DNA of 63,502 bases, the filler included, from Clostridiaceae bacterium (GTDB taxonomy: Bacteria; Bacillota; Clostridia; CAYPLH01; DUMO01): NCBI GenBank assembly GCA_012839865.1. It is 4 parts of 4 records of this genome, joined end to end, with 100 filler letters (N's around TTAATTAATTAA, not from the genome) between each part and the next. Parts side by side here need not be neighbours in the genome. Positions count along the whole stretch, not along the records: positions 13,310 to 35,860 come from DUMO01000051.1; positions 35,961 to 55,343 come from DUMO01000052.1; 2 more parts are not named here. One strand, given 5' to 3'. A program made the translations under genes and the position numbers. This document shows positions 28,143 to 38,270 of the stretch, one piece after another. Each line of letters starts with the position of its first letter. Position 1 is the first letter of the stretch. A model generated the notes under the pieces. That model was not told where the DNA came from. It worked only from the letters and a program-made list of their open reading frames with translations, and ran no database searches.

Positions 28143-29087
28143 ATGAAAGAAAATCTTTTCATCAGGGAGAACTCAAATTGCTGGCAAAGACTAGAAGAAA
28201 CAATCAAAAAATTCAAAAAATCCGGTTCGAAGATGGACATATCAACCATAGACGAGCTATTGTCCCTGTACGACAAGGTTTCAACAGATCTTTCATACAG
28301 CCGGACCTATTATGGAAACAATAACACCACCATCTACTTGAATAAACTGGTCGGCGCAGCCCACGACCTTATATATACCAAAAAAACCTCAAGTATTGGT
28401 AGAGTCTTCAGCTTTTACAGGGGAGAGTTCCCCATGCTTCTAAGGAAAAACTTCAAATATTTTCTGGTGTCTGCTCTTCTTTTCTTAAGCGGTTTTGTAT
28501 TCAGCTTCATATACACAATGATTTCAGAACAAAACGCCGGGTATTTTTTGCCACCGCAATTCATAGACAGCATGGGAAGCAGCCCTGGCACAATTTCCTG
28601 GGATGGCGCAATCATGTCGAGTTTTATATTCACAAACAACATCAGGGTGGGAATAATTGCTTTTGCACTGGGTATCACTTTTGGGTTTGGCTCTGTAATC
28701 ATACTTGTTTACAACTCTTTCCCTATTGGGTGTCTCGCTGCATTGTACTTGAACAGAGGGCAAGGCCTGGCCTTTTTGTCGCTTATACTTCCCCATGGAA
28801 TACTTGAGCTTTTTGCAGTATTTGTTTGTGTTGCTGCCGGGCTGGTTATAGGTTATTCTCTTGTTAATCCGGATTCTTATACAAGAAAGGATGCTTTCTT
28901 AATCCGGGGCAAAGATGGAATAAAACTTGTCTGTGGCACAATTCCTCTTTTTGTTATAGCTGGTTTTATAGAAGGATACTTTACTCCTCTACATATATCC
29001 GAATGGATCAAGCTGGCATTTTCTTTCTTCACATTATTAATGCTTATTATCTACATAATTTGGGGAAGGTTGCCCAAAAAGGCTTAG
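28143..29087 (+). CDS. SpoIIM/DUF95-like membrane protein
   Basis: IFTNNIRV, ILPHGILEL, AGFIEGYFT; ATG 28143 after GGAGG. Confidence 0.88.
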   Translation: MKENLFIRENSNCWQRLEETIKKFKKSGSKMDISTIDELLSLYDKVSTDLSYSRTYYGNNNTTIYLNKLVGAAHDLIYTKKTSSIGRVFSFYRGEFPMLLRKNFKYFLVSALLFLSGFVFSFIYTMISEQNAGYFLPPQFIDSMGSSPGTISWDGAIMSSFIFTNNIRVGIIAFALGITFGFGSVIILVYNSFPIGCLAALYLNRGQGLAFLSLILPHGILELFAVFVCVAAGLVIGYSLVNPDSYTRKDAFLIRGKDGIKLVCGTIPLFVIAGFIEGYFTPLHISEWIKLAFSFFTLLMLIIYIIWGRLPKKA

Positions 29088-29108
29088 TCATGAGATCATA
29101 TGGTTCAC

Positions 29109-30419
29109 TTATATTTTCATGGCGGTCTTCATGGCCAGGTACTTGTTGATCACACTGATTGAAAGTTTGTCGGGCGGTGCTTCAACACATGCAATACCTG
29201 CTTTTTGGAAAAGCTCCCTGACTTTTTTTCTGTCCTCAATTATCTTTCCTGCTGCAGTGCTGATAAACACATCTTCACTTGTTATTAAGGATTTTGTGGT
29301 CATGTCGGTCAATCTGGTGTCTTCAATTGAAACAATAAGGGGGACATGCACAAAAACCAGCTCCCTTAAGGCTTTTATAAGCCGTTTTGCTTCATTTTCA
29401 TTAAAAAGTTCTGTAAAAATGCACAGAAGACTCCTTCTTTTCTGCTTACTTAAAAAATGTATCAAAGCACCTTCATAATCGGCAGAGACCAGATTTCCTT
29501 CGATATTATAAAGGTTTTCTGCAATCAGGTTGAATTGGTGCCTTCCCTTGCCCGGGGAAATATACCTTCTCACTTTTTCATCAAAAACCATAAGTCCGGT
29601 ATTGTCACCTTTCTGCAGGGCTATTTCAGCAAGCAAAAAAGCAGAATTAATCGCATAATCCAGTTTTTTTATATTTTCAATTTCCTGATTCATCACTCTG
29701 CTGGAGTCTATCAATATGAAAATTTGCTGATTTTTTTCAGTCTCATAACTGTTGACAACCAACTTATTAAACCTGGCTGTTGCCATCCAGTTGATTTTTC
29801 TGTAATCATCTCCATATTGATATTCCCTCAGGCTTTCAAACTCGGTTCCTTGAATATGTTCAAGGCTCTTTTTGTTACCGTGCAGCAGATTGTTTTTTTT
29901 AATGGCTGCAAAGCTGTATCTTCTTAAATCCTTAAAGCTTGGATAAACCTTGATGCATTCCTTCTTTGAAAAGGTAACCTGTTTTACGCACAAATTCAGT
30001 ACGCCGGTATATCTTATATTTATGTTTTCGAGATAAAACTGCCCTCTTTTTTTGGGGATGACATTATAGCCCGCCTCACAAGAGATTTGTGGCAAAGCCT
30101 TTATTTTTACGGTATTTTCATTTGTCTCAAAAAATGAAGGCAAGTCATCTTTTATCGTCATATTGACAGAATACCTGCTTTTATTCCTGATCTTGAAGCT
30201 TATCCTGTTAATTGTTCCAAGTGAAAACTTGCTGTCGGCAATTCTCTCGACTTCAAACATTTTTTTCCCGGGAGTAATGACCATATCCGTCAGCAAAATC
30301 AATAAAAGCACAGCATTATAAATCAAAAGGGAAACAACACCATACCCAAGAAAACCAGCCACGCCTATCGGGATAATTCCTAAAAATATCAGTAATATAA
30401 ATGTTTTACTAAATGGCAT
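29109..30419 (-). CDS. DUF58 family protein (vWA-like)
   Basis: GTEFESLREYQYGDDYRKINWMATAR, IDSSRVM. Confidence 0.92.
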   Translation of the reverse strand: MPFSKTFILLIFLGIIPIGVAGFLGYGVVSLLIYNAVLLLILLTDMVITPGKKMFEVERIADSKFSLGTINRISFKIRNKSRYSVNMTIKDDLPSFFETNENTVKIKALPQISCEAGYNVIPKKRGQFYLENINIRYTGVLNLCVKQVTFSKKECIKVYPSFKDLRRYSFAAIKKNNLLHGNKKSLEHIQGTEFESLREYQYGDDYRKINWMATARFNKLVVNSYETEKNQQIFILIDSSRVMNQEIENIKKLDYAINSAFLLAEIALQKGDNTGLMVFDEKVRRYISPGKGRHQFNLIAENLYNIEGNLVSADYEGALIHFLSKQKRRSLLCIFTELFNENEAKRLIKALRELVFVHVPLIVSIEDTRLTDMTTKSLITSEDVFISTAAGKIIEDRKKVRELFQKAGIACVEAPPDKLSISVINKYLAMKTAMKI

Positions 30420-30434
30420 GTCTCAGCCTCCAGT

Positions 30435-31406
30435 CTATCTCGGTACTTCCACCTTTGAAAGGACATTCAAAATTGCATCGTCGCTGCTGATTCCATCAAT
30501 TCCTGCTTCAGGCCGGATAATAATCCTATGCCTTAATACAGGTACCGCCAAGTCCTTGACATCCTCAGGAATTACAAAATCTCTTTCCTGCATTGCAGCA
30601 TAGGTCTTGGAACAAAGTAAAAGGGCAATCTCGGCCCTTGGACTGGCACCGAGCATAATGGACGGTGAATTTCTTGTCAGTCTTGCTATGGTTGTTATGT
30701 AATTGATTATTTCAGGATTTACACGAACATTTCGGATTTCTTCCCTGCACCTTAGAATATCACTGTAATCGCAAACAGCGTTGAGTTCCATTTCCTCAAT
30801 ATTTGAGCTGTCAAATCCCATATTGAATTTTTCAAGCAGCATGTTTTCAAACCTCTGGGGTATATACCCTGCAACAAGCTTCATCATAAATCTGTCCAGC
30901 TGAGCTTCGGGCAATGGATAAGTACCTTCATACTCCAAAGGATTTTGTGTAGCAATTACCATATACGGTTTTTCAAGCACATGGGTTACCCCGTCAATTG
31001 TCACTGTACCTTCTTCCATCGATTCCAGGAGAGCAGACTGTGTTTTGGGCGGCGTCCTGTTTATTTCGTCAACCAGAAGAATATTTGTAAACAAGGGGCC
31101 TTTTTTGAAATAAAACTTGTTTGCACTGCTGTCATAAACCATCGTTCCTGTAATGTCCGCCGGCATAAGATCAGGAGTAAACTGTACTCTTTTAAAATCT
31201 GCTTTTATAACCTTTGCAAGGACTCTTGCCGCCAGGGTTTTGCCGATACCCGGAACTCCCTCAATCAGAATGTGCCCTCCGGATAATAATGCAATCACAA
31301 TTTTTTCCAGAAAATCATATTGTCCCACAACCACCCGGGAAATTTCTTTGATAATGGCCTCCGCTTTCCGGGCTGTAAATCCGGTTGCCCCGGTTACTTC
31401 ACTCAT
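30435..31406 (-). CDS. MoxR family AAA+ ATPase
   Basis: GVPGIGKT, RVQFTPDLMPADITG, DEINRTPPKTQSALLE, YPLPEAQLDRF. Confidence 0.96.
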   Translation of the reverse strand: MSEVTGATGFTARKAEAIIKEISRVVVGQYDFLEKIVIALLSGGHILIEGVPGIGKTLAARVLAKVIKADFKRVQFTPDLMPADITGTMVYDSSANKFYFKKGPLFTNILLVDEINRTPPKTQSALLESMEEGTVTIDGVTHVLEKPYMVIATQNPLEYEGTYPLPEAQLDRFMMKLVAGYIPQRFENMLLEKFNMGFDSSNIEEMELNAVCDYSDILRCREEIRNVRVNPEIINYITTIARLTRNSPSIMLGASPRAEIALLLCSKTYAAMQERDFVIPEDVKDLAVPVLRHRIIIRPEAGIDGISSDDAILNVLSKVEVPR

Positions 31407-32434
31407 ATTCTTATCTCCTTTCTTATCTTGTGTATTTGCTTTGCAAGGAATAATAATTTGCGTGTATTTATTCTACCGCCTTTGATATAGCTTTCACAAG
31501 TTTTGAGGATTTTGGCCGTATTTAAACTTTCAAGCATTTTGTTTTGAGATGCCGCCAGAATTATTTCGCTTGTATCTGCATTGTGTCCAAGCTCCAAAAA
31601 CGATAACAGTTCCTTTTTTAAAATATTAAGCTGAGCTTTCAGTACTGTATTGTTTGACTTGAACCTGCTGTATAGGTTTGACAGTGCAAACACCCTTTCA
31701 TTTTCTTCTCTTTTTGCAATTTCAAATACCTCCTGGGGTCTGCCAAACCTTACTGCGCCGGTCACAATGAGACAAATCAATGATAGCAGGATTTGAACAA
31801 AAACAACTTTTTCAATAGTCCCTAAAAGATCCCACACACCGTAATTCATCTTTTTATAACCATGACAATATTCATTGAAAAAAACCTTGTTGGCACCGGA
31901 AAAATCAAGAGCTTCTATGAAAACTATGCCAGGAGCCACATTTTCAAGGGATTTGTTTATATAATTATCAGCCCCGAAAAGCAATATTATTTTTCCTCTC
32001 CCGGCGGTGTAGTAATGTGCCACAAGGTCTCTATATTCATTGTTTACGGAAGGAAATGAAGTAGTAATATCAAGAATCAGACTGCTGTATAAATTATCCT
32101 CATCATCGATTAAAACAAGAGTATTTCCCCTGTAAATCCATTTTCTAAGGTCTTCCAGCTCAGTACCGGTACCTGGCCACTGGTACTGCGGCCTTATTGC
32201 CACCATTGTCGAATTATCCGGCAGATTCTTTACAGGCTCGTAAAACCTGTAAGTTTCGTACCCCATTCTTTCAGCAAGAAGAAACAGGGCTTTTACACCA
32301 TCCTCCGCCGGACTGTGGGATGTATACGGAGGGTATTCCGCGTTCTTACGGGTAATAAATAACGCAATCATGAAAATGAATATAAAAGCAACCGTATATG
32401 AAATTATTTTCTTTAAGCGAACAGCTTTGTTCAA
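31403..32434 (-). CDS. DUF4350-like membrane-anchored protein
   Basis: YTSHS...GVKALFLL, TM followed by RFGRP; MoxR operon context. Confidence 0.75.
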   Translation of the reverse strand: MNKAVRLKKIISYTVAFIFIFMIALFITRKNAEYPPYTSHSPAEDGVKALFLLAERMGYETYRFYEPVKNLPDNSTMVAIRPQYQWPGTGTELEDLRKWIYRGNTLVLIDDEDNLYSSLILDITTSFPSVNNEYRDLVAHYYTAGRGKIILLFGADNYINKSLENVAPGIVFIEALDFSGANKVFFNEYCHGYKKMNYGVWDLLGTIEKVVFVQILLSLICLIVTGAVRFGRPQEVFEIAKREENERVFALSNLYSRFKSNNTVLKAQLNILKKELLSFLELGHNADTSEIILAASQNKMLESLNTAKILKTCESYIKGGRINTRKLLFLAKQIHKIRKEIRI

Positions 32435-33231
32435 GTCGTACTTCCTTTCACAGCATTGCAGCTTGATTTTGCATTGCTTTTTCCATTGGTAATCTTGTAG
32501 TAATTATCCAGCCAAAATTCAAACCTGGCCTTGTCCACTTTCTTGTTCCCATACCAGCAGCGGTTAAAATCAAAAGTAAATTTTCTGATTGTATCATAAA
32601 ACTGAAATCCGTTCGCAAGAATTTCACTCAGATACTGGCTGTTTGTCTTGTCTTTTTCTATTTTAATTATTTCCATCTCATTCAGGCAAAGCAGCAATGA
32701 AATATAAAGGTAGCGCAGCGCGGCTTTATAATCACCCTTGTCTGCGCACTCATAAATGATTCTTAAAACTTGGGATGGGTTTTTTATATAGCTTACAAGC
32801 TCGGTTCTATCATATTCTTCCATTTTCCTGGACCGTTTAAAGGTTTTGAAAAGATAAAGTGCAATAATGGCAATAAAAGCGACAACCAGCGTTATTCCAA
32901 CAAGCTTAAGCAACATTGCCAACCCTGGAGACAAATTGTCGATTCCCAATGAAAAATTGGGAAGCTTTCTGTCCCGGAAGAAGTCCTGCAGGAATTCAGC
33001 AATAATATCAATTAATGACTTTCCTTTGGGTTTGTGCTTGAATTCCGGTAAAGAAAGTATATGCTCAATATTGCTTTTTATCTCAAGCTGCCTGTCAAAT
33101 CCCATATTGAACAAAGCAAATAAGACATTCATTTTTCTAAAACTATTAGTAAAGGTTTTCGCCATTTCTTTGGTATTCATCCCGTCCAAATTCATTTGAG
33201 ACCTCTGTTTAACACAATGTTTGCTCTTCAT
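32431..33231 (-). CDS. DUF4129-like protein
   Basis: TM then GDYKAALRYLY...KTNSQY...FNRCWYG. Confidence 0.75.
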   Translation of the reverse strand: MKSKHCVKQRSQMNLDGMNTKEMAKTFTNSFRKMNVLFALFNMGFDRQLEIKSNIEHILSLPEFKHKPKGKSLIDIIAEFLQDFFRDRKLPNFSLGIDNLSPGLAMLLKLVGITLVVAFIAIIALYLFKTFKRSRKMEEYDRTELVSYIKNPSQVLRIIYECADKGDYKAALRYLYISLLLCLNEMEIIKIEKDKTNSQYLSEILANGFQFYDTIRKFTFDFNRCWYGNKKVDKARFEFWLDNYYKITNGKSNAKSSCNAVKGSTT

Positions 33232-34213
33232 TTTCCAGGAGCCTGTCTATTTTTACTTCAAGGTCAAAACCCTCATTCCTGATTTTTTGATTTATGAATA
33301 TCAGCGTCATCAGTATAACAATATATGGATTCAGTACCGAGTTCAGCAACTGCACCACAGTATTCAACACTGTGAAGAGACTCATGTTAAAAAAACTCAG
33401 AGCCTGAACACCTGTTGCCAATATTACCGGAAAAAAGAAAAACAATGCCATTCCCATTAAATACGGAATCATCAGCTTTAGAAAACTCTTTTTTGTTACC
33501 TCCCAGCTTCGGGTCAGTGCGTCAATTGCCTTTTTCTTCTCAATAATTATTGATTGCACCCCAAATCCAAATCTCAATGAAAAATAAACAATCACCAGGA
33601 GCAGTGCAATTCCCAATATTGTTAAAATCATTATTAAAGCAAATAATACAAAGGCGTTTGGCTCCGATCCCGGTGTGCTGATGGTGGCAGCCATGAAACC
33701 GAAAATGAAGGCGAATAAAAAAATATAAAAAACTATAAGTCCCACAAATGATATTGCACTGACAATCAGATAGCTTAATGCCCGGTTTCCCAAAAGCCGC
33801 GGAAACAACCTGAAACTGTTTTTTATTAATTCCTTTATGTTAACGGACTGTTTTTCAGTAATATCATCGTATACGGCAGTAACAACAGCGGCCTCCATTA
33901 CAGGTCTCAACAAAATGCCATAAACCAGGTTTAAAGCACCAATTCCAAGAGACAACATGTAATAGGCAATATATTTATACGGTAACAAAAGCACTTCCTC
34001 AGGATCTGCAATCATGGTGCTGCTGACAAACTGGTTGTAAATATACCCTCCGGCCATTGTATAAATAATTGAGAAGGGCAGCACAAAAATAAACGACAAT
34101 ACACAGAGTTTTTTTAAATTACGCCTGTACAACTCAATTGAATAATCCAATATGTCACCGGTTGACATTTCTTTTAAGTTTCTTTTTTGTAAAATCATAA
34201 ATCCCTCAATCAA
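33209..34213 (-). CDS. Multi-pass membrane protein of the MoxR cluster
   Basis: MSTGDILDYSI N-terminus, IDALTRSWE, KIRNEGFDL C-terminus. Confidence 0.7.
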   Translation of the reverse strand: MIEGFMILQKRNLKEMSTGDILDYSIELYRRNLKKLCVLSFIFVLPFSIIYTMAGGYIYNQFVSSTMIADPEEVLLLPYKYIAYYMLSLGIGALNLVYGILLRPVMEAAVVTAVYDDITEKQSVNIKELIKNSFRLFPRLLGNRALSYLIVSAISFVGLIVFYIFLFAFIFGFMAATISTPGSEPNAFVLFALIMILTILGIALLLVIVYFSLRFGFGVQSIIIEKKKAIDALTRSWEVTKKSFLKLMIPYLMGMALFFFFPVILATGVQALSFFNMSLFTVLNTVVQLLNSVLNPYIVILMTLIFINQKIRNEGFDLEVKIDRLLENEEQTLC

Positions 34214-34293
34214 TTTTTAATTTATTCATCTTACAGAAAAGATGCCTGTTTGCCTTTATAAAACCAATATGTGCAAACACCCGGGAAGAATAA

Positions 34294-34322
34294 TTTGCTG
34301 TAGTACTAAATACTACAGCAAA
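34294..34322. terminator. Perfect 12-bp stem terminator after dacF
   Basis: TTTGCTGTAGTA-CTAAA-TACTACAGCAAA. Confidence 0.7.
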
Positions 34323-34375
34323 CTGTAATTTCTTCATAAAAAATATCACATATAGCAATAATTTTCAATAGTCCA

Positions 34376-35620
34376 TTATGAACCTCTTCCCATACGAAGC
34401 CAGCCGGTTGCCAATTTGAAAAATATCTTTATGAAGGAAGCCCGTTCAACATCACAGGCAGATACTATATCTACTTTCTCAACAATTTTGCCGTCAACGG
34501 TATATTGCACTTCCCCTACTTTTTGACCCTTTTTCAGTGGAGCCTCCACATTCTCCGGTATTTTAACCTCTTTTTTCAGCTTTTCCTTATCTCCGATATT
34601 GATCAGCAGGTTGACATCCTTAGGTATTACAAGTTCCGCTTTGTTCAAAAGTCCTTTTTTCACTTCTATTTCACCGGCAATATCTCCCTTTTTGTTTTCA
34701 GTTATAAGCTCAAAATTATGGAATCCATACTCCAGAATTTTTCTTGACTCGGCAAAACGCGTATTGGATGTAGGTTCACCTAAAACTACCGAAATCAAAT
34801 GCATTCCATTCCTTTCGCAAGTCGCAACAAGGCAGTGTCCCGCTTTTTGTGTAAAACCGGTTTTTAGTCCCCTGGTACCTTCATAAAAATGAATCAGCCT
34901 GTTGGTGTTATCAAGGGAAAAAGTTCCGTTTCTGAAAGTATCATGCCATATTGAAGTGAAATCAAGTATTTGAGGATATCTCAAAATAAGCTCTCTGGAC
35001 ATTATAGCAATGTCATAAGCCGTGCTGTAATGGCCTTCATCTGTTAAACCAGTGGAGTCCAGAAATTTCGTATTCTTCATGCCAAATTCGGCAGCTCTTT
35101 CGTTCATCTTTTGAACAAATACTTCCTCGCTGCCCCACACCTTTTCAGCCAGCGCAACTGTAGCATCATTGGCAGAATGGATTGCCACGGCTTTCAGCAT
35201 TTCTCTTACGGAAAAGACTTCACCGGGTTCCAGATAAACCTGTGAACCGCCAAATCCATAAGCATTTTCGCTAACTGTTACATCATCATCCATTGTAATC
35301 TTGCCCTTGGCAACCGCTTCCATTATCAAATACATAGACATTACTTTAGTGATGCTGGCAATAGGTAGCTTCTCATGCTCATTTTTTACAAGCAGAATCC
35401 TTCCTGTATTTGCCTCAACCAGTATGGCCGATTTTGCCTTTAAGTCAAAAACATTGGTTGTTTCATATATTTGTGCAGCTTCTATGGCATCCCAATCATA
35501 ATCAGGGTCGTCAAATTCATTGGCAGCAGCCGGCAGGCAGAATATGTTCATAAATACAAAAACAAAAGCCAGACAGAAAATAACCGCTCTCTTCAACTTT
35601 TTCCCCTCCTGTATTTGCAT
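34376..35620 (-). CDS. dacF: D-alanyl-D-alanine carboxypeptidase (S11, DacF-like)
   Basis: ASITKVM (SxxK), SAND, KTG; signal peptide. Confidence 0.88.
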   Translation of the reverse strand: MQIQEGKKLKRAVIFCLAFVFVFMNIFCLPAAANEFDDPDYDWDAIEAAQIYETTNVFDLKAKSAILVEANTGRILLVKNEHEKLPIASITKVMSMYLIMEAVAKGKITMDDDVTVSENAYGFGGSQVYLEPGEVFSVREMLKAVAIHSANDATVALAEKVWGSEEVFVQKMNERAAEFGMKNTKFLDSTGLTDEGHYSTAYDIAIMSRELILRYPQILDFTSIWHDTFRNGTFSLDNTNRLIHFYEGTRGLKTGFTQKAGHCLVATCERNGMHLISVVLGEPTSNTRFAESRKILEYGFHNFELITENKKGDIAGEIEVKKGLLNKAELVIPKDVNLLINIGDKEKLKKEVKIPENVEAPLKKGQKVGEVQYTVDGKIVEKVDIVSACDVERASFIKIFFKLATGWLRMGRGS

Positions 35621-35719
35621 CTAATTAATGTTATGCCACAGAAGGGTTGTATATTCAGAAAATAGAATTTCTTTTTGCAACGGATTTCATATTTTACTGC
35701 TTGTCACCGCCGGGGTATA

Positions 35720-35860
35720 ATTGACCTATAGGAGGTGCGGACGAAAACCTGGACTTAAAATAAGAGTCCGGAGGAGGTACTCCCATGTATTCATATGAAG
35801 ACAGAATGAAAGCAGTGGAGTTATACATAAAGTATGACTTAAGTGCTGCTGCTACCATTA
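35720..35860 (+). mobile_element. IS3-family element, left end and transposase N-terminus (cut by gap)
   Basis: ATG 35785 MYSYEDRMKAVELYIKYDLSAAATI with GGAGG RBS, a typical IS3-family start; left boundary approximate. Confidence 0.75.
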
Positions 35861-35960
35861 NNNNNNNNNNNNNNNNNNNNNNNNNNNNNNNNNNNNNNNN
35901 NNNNTTAATTAATTAANNNNNNNNNNNNNNNNNNNNNNNNNNNNNNNNNNNNNNNNNNNN
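35861..35960. other. Artificial contig spacer
   Basis: N run with TTAATTAATTAA at 35905-35916. Confidence 0.97.
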
Positions 35961-36033
35961 AAACATTTATAAATAGATATAATTGATGCTTAAAAACCGC
36001 AAAAATAAACAATAAAAACTGGGGTAAAATTTT

Positions 36034-36984
36034 ATGCCGGAAAAACCTTTAATTACAGTAGTAGGCTTGGGTGGGTACTCTATTTTCATGAGTACTGCAA
36101 CATTTCCTGAAAAGGGAGAAACCGTCAAAGCGAGAAATTGTTTTACCGAACCGGGGGGAAAGGGCTACAACCAGGCTGTGGCCTGTGCAAGATTAGGTGC
36201 CCGGACGGCCTTTATCGGCTCCTTTGGCAATGATCTATACGGAAAAGAATGCATTGATTTCTTAAAGAAAGAATCCATAGATACCTCCCATGTTAAAATT
36301 ACCGGGGAAAAGGCCACGGCAACGGGTGTCATTTTGACGGATATGTATGGAGACAACAGGGTTACTGTTTATCCCGGAGCCGCTGAACTTTTAAGACCGG
36401 AGGATATCCTGGAGGCCGAGGAAATCATTTCACGCAGTGATGTCCTTCTTATTCAGCTCGAGGTGCCCTTTGACACGGTCAAATGTGCAATAGAAACTGC
36501 AAACAAGCACAACGTCAGGGTTATTTTGAATCCTGCTCCGGCATTTTTGCCTGAATACGATATTCTGAAAAAAGTATATCTTCTTACTCCCAACGAATTC
36601 GAAGCAACTTTGATCTCCGGTATTAAGGATGGGAATAGTATTTCTCCCGGCAGGATGGCGGAAAAACTAAAAGCTTCAGGCGCCAAAAACGTTATTATAA
36701 CTCTTGGTGAAAAAGGTGCCTATTTGTCCTGCCCAGGCTACGACACCCAAATCGAACCCTTCAAAGTTGCAAAGGTGGTTGATACAACCGGCGCAGGGGA
36801 TACATTCAACGCAGCCCTGGCTGTTTATATTGCAAAAGGTTTTGACATGATAAAAGCCGCACAATTTGCAACAACCGCCGCTGCTTTGAGTGTTGCAAAA
36901 AAAGGTGTTATGAACAGCATACCCTATCATGATGATGTGGTAAAAGCCCGGGACCAAGGCGACGGTTCTTCTGGTTCCCTTTAG
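36034..36984 (+). CDS. rbsK: Ribokinase-like PfkB kinase
   Basis: PGGKGYNQAVACARLG, LNPAPA, TPNEFEA, DTTGAGDTF. Confidence 0.88.
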   Translation: MPEKPLITVVGLGGYSIFMSTATFPEKGETVKARNCFTEPGGKGYNQAVACARLGARTAFIGSFGNDLYGKECIDFLKKESIDTSHVKITGEKATATGVILTDMYGDNRVTVYPGAAELLRPEDILEAEEIISRSDVLLIQLEVPFDTVKCAIETANKHNVRVILNPAPAFLPEYDILKKVYLLTPNEFEATLISGIKDGNSISPGRMAEKLKASGAKNVIITLGEKGAYLSCPGYDTQIEPFKVAKVVDTTGAGDTFNAALAVYIAKGFDMIKAAQFATTAAALSVAKKGVMNSIPYHDDVVKARDQGDGSSGSL

Positions 36985-37136
36985 GGGGTATTGGCTAGAG
37001 GACCAAGGAGATGGTTCTTCAGGTTCCTTAGGCGGTACAGGGGGTCAGGTACATTGTCCCACCGCGGTAAGACATAATAGGACAGGGGACAGTTATTGTA
37101 TCTTATGGAGCATAAGACACAAAACCGTTCCCTGTC
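36950..37136. repeat. Cluster of GC-rich REP-like palindromes
   Basis: GGGACCAAGGCGACGGTTCTTCTGGTTCCC (36950-36979), near copy at 37000-37027, and GACAGGGGACAGTT...AACCGTTCCCTGTC hairpin (37081-37136). Confidence 0.7.
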
Positions 37137-37187
37137 TTAGCCAGGAAAAAGCAGGTGTCGCACCCGCTTTTTTAACAATAGTATTGC

Positions 37188-38171
37188 TCAACTGCACAAA
37201 GGTACATTTTTTATACAATATTCAATATCATATTTCGAAGGCAATGCGGGAATTGCGCCTCTTGCTGTGGTAGTAAGCGCTCCGGCAGCATTTGAAAAAT
37301 GTATTATATCCACAATTTCATCATCAGTTAATGAAGATATTTCCTTATTTATCGATAAAATCTTATAAAGAAAAGCTCCCCAGAAAGCATCCCCGGCGCC
37401 TGTAGTGTCCACTACTTTCACATCATACGTATTTGAGTGAAAATGCTTGCTTTTTGTATAAACACTACAGCCCTTCGGTCCAAGGGTCAGTGCAAGAAGT
37501 TTAAATGAATATTGCCCAAGGAGCTTTTCCACGCCTTGCTCCAGTGTGCCGGCATTGGTCAGGAAGAATAATTCTTCTTCAGACACCTTTACCAAATCAG
37601 CATATTCAAGGCCCCTATGAATAACCCGGTATGCTTCTTCCATACTGCTCCAAAGGGAAGGCCTCAGGTTCGGGTCATATGAAACAAGGCATCCTGCCTT
37701 CTTCGCATAAGCAGCAGCTGCTAAAGTTGCCGAGCGGGAAGGCTCCGCTGTCATTGATACCGAACCGAAATGAAAGATACGGCTTTTGTCTATAGCACTG
37801 AAATCAACATCTTCTTTATCCAGCATCACATCAGAGGTATTGTTACGATAAAAGGAAAAGCTGCGGTCCCCTTTTTCGTCCAGGGATACAATGGCTAAAG
37901 TGGTCGGGTATTTTGAAGTGACTGCAGCATGTCTGACACATACTCCGGCATCAACCAGGGTTTTCATTAGATATTTTCCCAGGGCGTCATTGCTCAGCAT
38001 GCCTATGAATCCTGTTTTCAACCCTAGTTTTGATGCGCAGGCCAGCACATTGACAGGTGCGCCGCCGGCTCTTCCCTCAAAGTGAACCGAATCTTTTCCT
38101 GGCGGGTCTACAACCACATCAACAAGGCATTCGCCTAATCCTATAATATCGTATAAGTAATCCTTTGACAT
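37188..38171 (-). CDS. PfkB carbohydrate kinase (fructokinase-like)
   Basis: GGAPVNV, SYDPNLRPSLW, DTTGAGDAF; ATG 38171 after GGAG. Confidence 0.92.
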   Translation of the reverse strand: MSKDYLYDIIGLGECLVDVVVDPPGKDSVHFEGRAGGAPVNVLACASKLGLKTGFIGMLSNDALGKYLMKTLVDAGVCVRHAAVTSKYPTTLAIVSLDEKGDRSFSFYRNNTSDVMLDKEDVDFSAIDKSRIFHFGSVSMTAEPSRSATLAAAAYAKKAGCLVSYDPNLRPSLWSSMEEAYRVIHRGLEYADLVKVSEEELFFLTNAGTLEQGVEKLLGQYSFKLLALTLGPKGCSVYTKSKHFHSNTYDVKVVDTTGAGDAFWGAFLYKILSINKEISSLTDDEIVDIIHFSNAAGALTTTARGAIPALPSKYDIEYCIKNVPLCS

Positions 38172-38199
38172 ACACAACTCTCCTTTATTGCCACTTAGG

Positions 38200-38235
38200 A
38201 TGGTTCTGGGGACCGGGAGGACTGCCCCCGGTCCC
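38200..38235. repeat. REP-like palindrome
   Basis: GGGACCGGG-AGGACTGCCC-CCGGTCCC preceded by ATGGTTCT. Confidence 0.6.
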
Positions 38236-38270
38236 TTCACAAGCAGGGATGAGGCCGAAGCCTATAGCGC

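Noticed and set aside
36950..37136. CRISPR array
   Set aside because: The units are degenerate, irregularly spaced and partly inverted, with no constant-length spacers and no cas genes.
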